DNA from: Anaerolineae bacterium | GTDB taxonomy: Bacteria > Chloroflexota > Anaerolineae > Promineifilales > Promineifilaceae | DNA: 43,084 nucleotides | NCBI GenBank assembly: GCA_032260445.1 | Contig: JAVVFG010000002.1 | Coordinates: 1-43,084 of the forward strand | Direction of reading: 5' to 3' | Part shown: piece after piece, positions 35,490 to 43,084 of the stretch | Layout of the letters: each line of letters begins with the position of its first letter | Numbering within the stretch: position 1 is the first letter of the stretch | Translations under genes and position numbers: made by a program | Notes under the pieces: generated by a model | What the model was told of the DNA's origin: nothing | Seen by the model: the letters and a program-made list of their open reading frames with translations, nothing else | Database searches by the model: none

Positions 35490-36301
35490 TTGCTGAACAG
35501 ACGGCCGAGGAAGTTGCCGCGATCTTCCCGTTCGTCCAGGGACTGCTGCAGGGCCTGGGCCTCGGCGAGCGTGGCGTCGAGCGCGAGCGCATGCTCGTTG
35601 GCTTTGCGCGCTTCTTCCCAGTCTCCCCCTTCGGCATAGAGCTGGGCAACGCGGTACCAGAGCCAGGCGTTGTCCGGGTCGAAGTGGACTGCCTGGCGGT
35701 AGCTGTGCAGGGCGGCTTCGCGATCGCCGCGCTCTGCATGGAGGTCGGCCATGATGCTGCGCACGCGCAGCCGCTGCGGTACGGTTTCGGCGATGGAAGT
35801 GGCCTTTTCAGACCAGCTAAGAGCCTGATCAAGGTCGCCGCGAGCGCGCCAGTAGTCAATTTCGGCGCGGTGGAGATAGTAGTGCTCGTCGTCCTGCTGC
35901 TGTAAATAGTCGAGGACCAGGCGGGCATCGTCAAGGCGCTGCCCATATATGTAGATGAAGCTTTCGACAACGTTGATGTCGACGTTATCGGGAACGAGCT
36001 CCTGCGCTTGCTCGAGCCAGGTGAGGGCGGCGTCCAACCCCTGCGGGGCATAAGAGCCATCGTCTTCGCGCGCGGCGGCGAGCAGCGCGAGGGCAATGCC
36101 CGTGTATTCGTAGGGAAGTGAGTCTGCGGTCTGGAACATGCGCAGCGCGTCACCGAGGGTACGGGGATCCCCACGATAGCCGTCTATGCGGTCGCGGCCC
36201 ACTTCGAAGACGGTATACCCGACCGGCGTGAGGGCGTTGTTGCCGGAGAACTTCATCTTCTCCAGGGCGGGCAGCAACTGAGCGAGTAGCTTTTGTCCCA
36301 T
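35486..36301 (-). CDS. TPR repeat protein
   Basis: 271 aa with repeated A-x-x-x-Y/A-L-x-L-D-P-type helical repeats (ALHSYRQAVHFDPDNAWLWYRVAQLY...). Its stop overlaps the stop of the convergent P-loop gene (TTAG). Confidence 0.75.
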   Translation of the reverse strand: MGQKLLAQLLPALEKMKFSGNNALTPVGYTVFEVGRDRIDGYRGDPRTLGDALRMFQTADSLPYEYTGIALALLAAAREDDGSYAPQGLDAALTWLEQAQELVPDNVDINVVESFIYIYGQRLDDARLVLDYLQQQDDEHYYLHRAEIDYWRARGDLDQALSWSEKATSIAETVPQRLRVRSIMADLHAERGDREAALHSYRQAVHFDPDNAWLWYRVAQLYAEGGDWEEARKANEHALALDATLAEAQALQQSLDEREDRGNFLGRLFSN

Positions 36302-36390
36302 ACGTGCTTTTCCCCAATGACCGGGCCGTCGCGGGCAACGGCCGGTCGTCTGCCCCCGGGTCTGCGGGCGCGATGCTGTTAGTGTACAGA

Positions 36391-36431
36391 AAGGAAAGAA
36401 AAAAGAAAAGGCCCCTCGTGCGAGGGGCCTT
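36391..36431 (-). terminator. intrinsic terminator downstream of groEL
   Basis: On the minus strand, GGCCCCTC-gcac-GAGGGGCC is followed by TTTTCTTTTTTCTTTCC. Confidence 0.85.
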
Positions 36432-36463
36432 GACGTGAAGCGTGGGGGAGTAGAATCCCAGGA

Positions 36464-38116
<1,653 letters not shown>

Positions 38117-38160
38117 GATATGGTTTCTCCTTTAGTGAACTCTTCGTGGGAGTAGTCGTC

Positions 38161-38454
38161 TTAGCTGTTGTCGACGATTGCCAAAACGTCTGATTCTTTG
38201 AGGATGAGCAGTTTGTCGCCTTCAACCTTGATCTCGGTCCCGGCATACTTGGCGTAAAGAACGACATCGCCAACAGCAACATCCATCTCGATGCGATCGC
38301 CGTCTTCGTCACGACGACCAGGGCCGGCGGCCAAGACTTCCCCTTGCTGCGGCTTTTCTTTGGCCGTCTCAGGCAGAATGATTCCGGAAGCAGTGGTCTC
38401 TTCAGTCTCCCGCGGTTTGATAACCAATCGATCACCAAGAGGCTTGAGCTTCAT
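38161..38454 (-). CDS. groS: co-chaperonin GroES
   Basis: 97 aa reading [40 protein letters not shown]... Confidence 0.97.
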   Translation of the reverse strand: MKLKPLGDRLVIKPRETEETTASGIILPETAKEKPQQGEVLAAGPGRRDEDGDRIEMDVAVGDVVLYAKYAGTEIKVEGDKLLILKESDVLAIVDNS

Positions 38455-38502
38455 CTGTGCTACTCTCCTTTGAACTGTTCGTTTGAGTTTTGAAGCAACA
38501 TT

Positions 38503-38529
38503 TTAGCACTCTTAAGCCAAGAGTGCTAA
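38503..38529. promoter_or_regulatory. CIRCE element (HrcA operator), perfect: TTAGCACTC-N9-GAGTGCTAA
   Basis: An exact match to the consensus inverted repeat, located in the groES 5'UTR. Confidence 0.9.
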
Positions 38530-38540
38530 TCGCTAGTGAG

Positions 38541-38568
38541 ATTGTAGCACAGTTTACCCCGCTGTCAA
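38541..38568 (-). promoter_or_regulatory. groESL promoter (TTGACA - 16 nt - TGcTACAAT extended -10)
   Basis: -35 at 38563-38568 and -10 at 38541-38546 on the minus strand, between the two CIRCE-like elements. Confidence 0.65.
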
Positions 38569-38575
38569 GAAGATT

Positions 38576-38602
38576 CTAGCAACTAAAGGGGGAGAGTGCT
38601 AA
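38576..38602. promoter_or_regulatory. second, half-degenerate CIRCE-like element: CTAGCAACT-N9-GAGTGCTAA
   Basis: The right arm is perfect and the left arm matches 5/9 positions (better with a 1-nt shift). It lies just upstream of the -35. Confidence 0.5.
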
Positions 38603-38633
38603 CCGAAATAGAGGAGGCGGCGGTGCCGGCGGC

Positions 38634-39845
38634 TCAGGGCACCGCACCGAGCTGCTGCTGGCGGCAGAGCTCGTGATATTCTTGCGCCCGCTCGACGGCG
38701 AAGGAATCGGGGTTGGCTTGGATAACGCGCTCAAACAGGGGCGTCGCTTCCGGGCAGCGATTCTGGTAGTAGTATGCCTGGCCGAGCATGTTGAAGTAGG
38801 TGGCATTTGCCGTGGAAATCTGTTCGTAGGCAGTTACGGCGATCTCCAGCTCTTCAATGGCCGTGTCATACTTCGACTGCTGGAAGTAGGCGGCGCCCAA
38901 ATGGGCGTGGGCGCGGGTCATATCGGGATCGAGCTGGACGGCCTGGTAGGCGTTCTCTTCGGCACGGGGATATTGGCCGAGTACGAAGTAGAAGTAGCCG
39001 AGGCCATCGTAGGCGGCGGCGTTAGCCGGATCGAGCTCGAGCACCTCTTGCAGAGTGAGGATGCCCTGCTGCTGCCGGCCGGTGAAGAAGTAGAGATAAG
39101 CAAGGTCGACGCGCATGTCGACGAGGGAGGGATTGGCATCGAGGGCAACGAGGTACTCCTCGATGGCGTTGTCATAGAAGCCGTGTAGCTCGTAAAGGCG
39201 GGCCATAGCGCGGCGGGTCACGGGGCTATCGGGCGCCAGCTCGATGCCCAGGGACGCGTACTCCATTGCTTCGGCGTAACGCTCGGGCCCGAGCCGGGCC
39301 AACGCCTGCGCCTTGTAAGCATACGCATCGGGGGTGTTGGGGTCGAGCCCGACTGCCTCATCGGCGGCATTAATGGCTTGCTGGTACTGCAGCCCGGCGC
39401 CGGCGGGGTCGCCGGTTTCAAACAGACGGTTGGCATTGGCCAGATGAGCCGAGGAAACGGCGGCCCAGACCTGCGGCACTTCTGGGGCTAACACCTTGGC
39501 CTGTTCCGCACGGTCAAGCGCCTCTTCGGGCTGGCCGGCAACGTTGAGGAGGTCGATGAGATCGAGGTAGTAGCGGACGTTGGCGGGATCAAGGGTGATC
39601 GCCTTGCCATAGGCTTCGATGGCGGCGTCGTACTCGGCATCGCGCCGGTAGAGGGCGGCGCTGGTCGCATACTCGGCAGCGGAGCGGGTTGGCTGTGGGG
39701 TGGGCGTGGGCACGATGGCCGTGCGCACTTCCTCGCGGTTGATGATCAGGTAGACGAGCACGACTAGGGCAGCGGCCACCACCAGCATCAAGGTGCAGGA
39801 TGGGCCGCGGCGCGGGTATCGAGGCGGGCGTCGTTCGACGATCAT
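38634..39845 (-). CDS. membrane-anchored TPR repeat protein
   Basis: 403 aa with an N-terminal TM segment (LMLVVAAALVVLVYLI) followed by about 9 TPR-like repeats (AIEAYGKAITLDPANVRYY..., AIEEYLVALDANPSLV...). Confidence 0.8.
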   Translation of the reverse strand: MIVERRPPRYPRRGPSCTLMLVVAAALVVLVYLIINREEVRTAIVPTPTPQPTRSAAEYATSAALYRRDAEYDAAIEAYGKAITLDPANVRYYLDLIDLLNVAGQPEEALDRAEQAKVLAPEVPQVWAAVSSAHLANANRLFETGDPAGAGLQYQQAINAADEAVGLDPNTPDAYAYKAQALARLGPERYAEAMEYASLGIELAPDSPVTRRAMARLYELHGFYDNAIEEYLVALDANPSLVDMRVDLAYLYFFTGRQQQGILTLQEVLELDPANAAAYDGLGYFYFVLGQYPRAEENAYQAVQLDPDMTRAHAHLGAAYFQQSKYDTAIEELEIAVTAYEQISTANATYFNMLGQAYYYQNRCPEATPLFERVIQANPDSFAVERAQEYHELCRQQQLGAVP

Positions 39846-39978
39846 GATTGTCTTTAGTCGCTAAGGCGATCAGTGGTTCACCGGGATCGATGGTGCTGTA
39901 AGCTAACCACAACGATGGACGGCATCGGAAGCGATCTTAGCCGGGCACGGCGCGAATGCCACAAACACTAAGGGCCGG

Positions 39979-40929
39979 CTAACGGTGGCGCAAGCGCCAC
40001 CAGGTTCCGGCCGGATAGCCGAGCATTTTGGCGATGTCGCCGGCGAAACGGATAACGGGAATGAGGGCAAAGGCGCGCAGGCGCGCAGGCGGGCGCCAAC
40101 CCCAGGTGGCCGACCAGAGACGGCGGGCCGGACGGTAGCTGTAGGCGGCAACGCCGGCCAGTAGACCGAGCCAGCCGCGCCAGCGCCCGTGCCAGATTTC
40201 GCGCAGCAGGGCAGGCAGCACGACGAGATAGGTGAGGTAGCGGATAGCGTGGCGCACGGGCCAGAGATTGGCCTTGCCGTCGCCGCGGGCGTAGCGATAG
40301 TACTGGCGGAAGAAGCTGCGCAGGCTGTGGCGCGGGCGGAAGTAGGCGACAGCGCGCGGGGCGAAGGCGAATTGACCGTAACGCTCACGCAAGGCTAGAT
40401 CGAAGACCAGATCTTCGCTGTAGTCGAGCCATTCGGGGTAACCGCCGGCAGCTTCCCAGGCCGATTTCAGGAAGGCCACGGAGCGGCTCGAGGGCAGGAA
40501 ACGGCCGGCCCGGATCTCGGCGAGGGAGGGCAACACAGTGGCCCCCAAGACGACTTCGAAATCGGTGTAGGGATCGGCTTCGAACCAGCCGGCGACGACC
40601 GGAACGCTATCCTGCTCGATGGGGCGGACGAGCTCTTCGAGCCAGAGCGGGGAGAGGACGACACCGGCATCGGTAGCGGCGATAATGGGGCCGGCGGCGG
40701 CGGCTATCGCCTGGTTGCGACCCGCGCTGATGTTCGCGCCGGGCGCCGAGCGGATCTTGAGGGGCAGCCACCGCGCGTATTCGTGGAAGATGGCCAGCGT
40801 ATCGTCGGTGGAGCCGCCGTCGACGACGATAACCTCGTCGGGCTGGCGCGTCTGCTGGAGCAGGGCATCGAGCAAGGGGCGCACGGCTTGCCCTTCATTC
40901 TTGACGGTGGTGATCACAGATACTTGCAT
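39979..40929 (-). CDS. family 2 glycosyltransferase with C-terminal membrane-associated region
   Basis: 316 aa beginning MQVSVITTVKNEGQAVRPLLDALLQQTRQPDEVIVVDGGSTDDT, with a TDAG (DxD-like) motif. Confidence 0.85.
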   Translation of the reverse strand: MQVSVITTVKNEGQAVRPLLDALLQQTRQPDEVIVVDGGSTDDTLAIFHEYARWLPLKIRSAPGANISAGRNQAIAAAAGPIIAATDAGVVLSPLWLEELVRPIEQDSVPVVAGWFEADPYTDFEVVLGATVLPSLAEIRAGRFLPSSRSVAFLKSAWEAAGGYPEWLDYSEDLVFDLALRERYGQFAFAPRAVAYFRPRHSLRSFFRQYYRYARGDGKANLWPVRHAIRYLTYLVVLPALLREIWHGRWRGWLGLLAGVAAYSYRPARRLWSATWGWRPPARLRAFALIPVIRFAGDIAKMLGYPAGTWWRLRHR

Positions 40930-41051
40930 GTAGTCGTCTCTACATTAGCCGCGGAACAACATCTGGCTGCGCCGTGCCAGAATCGTACACGCGGTGGAGA
41001 ATCTGTGCCACGATTACCGGCCGGGGAGCTGTGGACTTCCGAGAAACACGT

Positions 41052-41080
41052 TTGAGCAATCGGCCGGTTGGGATTAAGAT
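41052..41080 (+). promoter_or_regulatory. candidate promoter for the DUF3253/GT2 genes (TTGAGC - 17 nt - TAAGAT)
   Basis: -35 at 41052-41057 and -10 at 41075-41080, about 50 nt upstream of the ATG at 41132. Confidence 0.35.
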
Positions 41081-41131
41081 GCGGGGAATGGAGACACGTA
41101 CGAACGCAATTACTCTCTGGCAATTGAGGAG

Positions 41132-41446
41132 ATGATGGCACAATCCGAGGTTGAGAAAAAGCCTAGACGGGTGAGCGACGAGGAGATCCGTGAAACGCTA
41201 TTGACGCTGTGCCGCGCGGCGGGGCCGGCGGGGCGGGTGCGCCCAGAGGACATCGCCATAGCTATCCTGCCGGATCATTGGCAGACGCTGACGAAGCGGA
41301 TTCGTCTGATCGGCCGGCAACTAGCGCATGCGGGCAAAGTGGTGATTCTGCGTAAAGGCGAGCCGGTCGATCCCGACGATTTCCGGGGCGTCTACCGGCT
41401 GCAGATCACGGAGGCGGGCATGGAAGCGGAAGGGGAGGAGGGCTGA
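41132..41446 (+). CDS. DUF3253-like small protein
   Basis: 104 aa. The pattern ...IRETLLTLCRAAGPAGRVRPEDIAIAI...WQTLTKRIRLIGRQLAHAGKVVILRKGEPVDPDDFRGVYRL matches my recollection of DUF3253. Confidence 0.6.
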   Translation: MMAQSEVEKKPRRVSDEEIRETLLTLCRAAGPAGRVRPEDIAIAILPDHWQTLTKRIRLIGRQLAHAGKVVILRKGEPVDPDDFRGVYRLQITEAGMEAEGEEG

Positions 41447-41495
41447 GCACGGTGCGCCTTGCGGCTGGCTCCTGTGAAGATTAGAATCACCCGGT

Positions 41496-42563
41496 ATGTG
41501 GCAACAGGAGAGGGACCCGGCAATCGATCTAAGCCTCGTCATCCCGGTATATAACGAGGTTGACAATCTGCGCCCGCTGCTTGAGGAGATCAGAGCGGCA
41601 CTGGATGGTCAAGAGCGGAGCTACGAGGTGATCTTTGTCGACGACGGCAGCAGCGACGGCAGCAGCGAGCTGCTCGCGCAGCTGGCGCAAGAGAACGAGC
41701 ACGTCGCCGCCATTCGCTTCCGGCGCAATTTTGGACAGACGGCAGCCTTTGCGGCGGGTTTTCGCCATGCGGCGGGCGAGGTCATCGTGACGATGGATGC
41801 GGACCGGCAGAATGATCCGGCCGACATCCCCGCGCTGCTGGCCAAACTGGACGAGGGTTATGATGTGGTCAACGGCTGGCGGGTGGAGCGCAAGGATCCT
41901 TTTCTCTTGCGCACGCTGCCGTCGCGGCTGGCAAACGGGCTGATCGCGCGCAGCAGTGGTGTGCGGCTCCACGATCGCGGCTGTTCGCTGCGCGCCTTTC
42001 GTGCCCCCGTCGTCGCCGAGATCCACCTCTACGGCGAGATGCATCGCTTTATTCCGGAGATGATCAGTTTTGCCGGGTTTGGCATGGCCGAAGTGCCGGT
42101 GGCGCATCGCGCGCGGGTGGCAGGCGACTCCAAGTACGGGTTGTCGCGCACCTTTCGCGTCATCCTCGATTTGTTTACGGTTCTGTTTCTGCGCCGCTAT
42201 AGTGACCGCCCAATGCACCTGTTCGGGGGCATCGGCATCATTGCCGGTGGGCTGGGCGGGTTGATTGCCCTGTACCTGACGCTGCTCAAGGTGGCCGGCG
42301 GGATCCGCGGCGGCTGGGAAGGGTTCCATGCCGTGCAGATCGGCGACCGGCCGCTGTTGCTCCTCGCCGTGCTCCTGCTCCTGATCGGCATCCAATTCCT
42401 CGTAATGGGCTTGCTGGCCGAGCTGGTCGTGCGCACCTATTACGAGAGCCAGGGGAAGCCCGTTTACTATATTCGCGACATCGTGTCGCAGCGCCGGCGG
42501 GCGCGGCGGGAGGATGCGCCGGATGCAGACCCGGTTCGCGAGCAATCCGTAACTTCCCCCTAG
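41496..42563 (+). CDS. GT2 polyprenyl-phosphate glycosyltransferase (GtrB/ArnC/Dpm1-like) with two C-terminal TM helices
   Basis: Contains LSLVIPVYNEVDNLRPLLEEI...YEVIFVDDGSSDGS...MDADRQNDPADIP. The C-terminal helices are GGIGIIAGGLGGLIALYL and LLLLAVLLLLIGIQFLVMGLLAELV. Confidence 0.88.
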   Translation: MWQQERDPAIDLSLVIPVYNEVDNLRPLLEEIRAALDGQERSYEVIFVDDGSSDGSSELLAQLAQENEHVAAIRFRRNFGQTAAFAAGFRHAAGEVIVTMDADRQNDPADIPALLAKLDEGYDVVNGWRVERKDPFLLRTLPSRLANGLIARSSGVRLHDRGCSLRAFRAPVVAEIHLYGEMHRFIPEMISFAGFGMAEVPVAHRARVAGDSKYGLSRTFRVILDLFTVLFLRRYSDRPMHLFGGIGIIAGGLGGLIALYLTLLKVAGGIRGGWEGFHAVQIGDRPLLLLAVLLLLIGIQFLVMGLLAELVVRTYYESQGKPVYYIRDIVSQRRRARREDAPDADPVREQSVTSP

Positions 42564-42608
42564 GCGGCAGGCGTGGCGGCACACGGGGGCAACGCCACGC
42601 GTGAGGGC

Positions 42609-43084
42609 ATGAACGACCAGATCACTCCCGCCAGCAATGAGCGCCCGCCAGCAAGGAATTGGCTGGCACTTGCCATTCTGCTGGCAGGCGTGCTGCTGGC
42701 GTTGCAGCCGCTTCTGGCGGGCCACCTACCCTGGCGCGCCGATGGTCTCCTGCATGTCTATCGACTCGTCGAGCTGGAACGGGCGGTCAGGCACGGCGAA
42801 CTGTTTCCGCGCTGGCTGCCAGACCTCGGCTACGGCTTCGGTTTTCCCCTCTTCAATTATTACGCGCCGCTGAGCTACTATCTCCTGCTGGCGCTGCGCG
42901 CGTTGGGCTTGCCGCTGATTGCCGCGCTGCAGGCGGGCTATGCGCTGGCGTTACTCGCCCTGTGTTTCGGCGTTTATCTATGGGCGCGCGCGCTGTTTGG
43001 GGAAGTGGCGGGGTTGGTCGCGGGGTTTGCCGCAGCGTATGCGCCGTACTTCCTCTACGACACGCTGCATCGCGGGGTGCTGGC
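42609..43084 (+). CDS. GT-C-like polytopic membrane protein (PTPS-related/COG5617-like), 3' end beyond the window (not in ORF track)
   Basis: Own translation from the ATG at 42609 gives MNDQITPASNERPPARNWLALAILLAGVLLALQPLLAGHLPWRADGLLHVYRLVELERAVRHGELFPRWLPDLGYGFGFPLFNYYAPLSYYLLLAL... The frame is open to the window end, 45 nt downstream of the GT2 gene. Confidence 0.65.
   Translation, partial: MNDQITPASNERPPARNWLALAILLAGVLLALQPLLAGHLPWRADGLLHVYRLVELERAVRHGELFPRWLPDLGYGFGFPLFNYYAPLSYYLLLALRALGLPLIAALQAGYALALLALCFGVYLWARALFGEVAGLVAGFAAAYAPYFLYDTLHRGVL

Overview
High-GC (about 65% by eye, not computed) bacterial chromosomal segment. The gene content and protein sequences (GroEL, ClpC, RecD2, several GT-C glycosyltransferases, TPR proteins) suggest a Chloroflexota-like organism; this is an inference. 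I count about 37 protein genes, mostly housekeeping: greA, yebC-ruvC, gcvH-gcvP behind a glycine riboswitch, tyrS, aroE, clpC, murI, rplS, recD2 and groES-groEL with CIRCE operators. They are interleaved with envelope-glycosylation genes: a GT39/ArnT-like enzyme, a 1396-aa YfhO-flippase fusion, two GT2 enzymes and a partial GT-C protein. There are also small signalling or chaperone modules: a V4R protein with a REC-degenerate-GGDEF regulator, a MoxR-VWA pair, and a PP2C with a mini P-loop protein. I saw no rRNA, tRNA, CRISPR array, transposase or integrase. Two CDSs that run off the window edges (1-947 minus, 42609-43084 plus) are missing from the ORF track and were translated by hand. Many long ORFs in the track are antisense or shadow frames typical of high-GC DNA and were rejected. 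The most unusual signal is a roughly 375-bp low-GC patch inside the GT39 gene. It carries three perfect and two 8/9 DnaA-box 9-mers, a 21-bp tandem duplication and flanking CCGGCCGG palindromes, while the reading frame stays open. Other items worth follow-up are the YfhO-MOP flippase fusion, a self-contained promoter-hairpin-terminator unit upstream of tyrS, 5'-proximal terminator-like hairpins in the greA, rplS and yfhO-operon leaders, the V4R/REC-degenerate GGDEF pair, and the tightly coupled recD2-FMN reductase-PP2C-P-loop cluster. All functional calls come from motif recognition by eye; no database search was possible.
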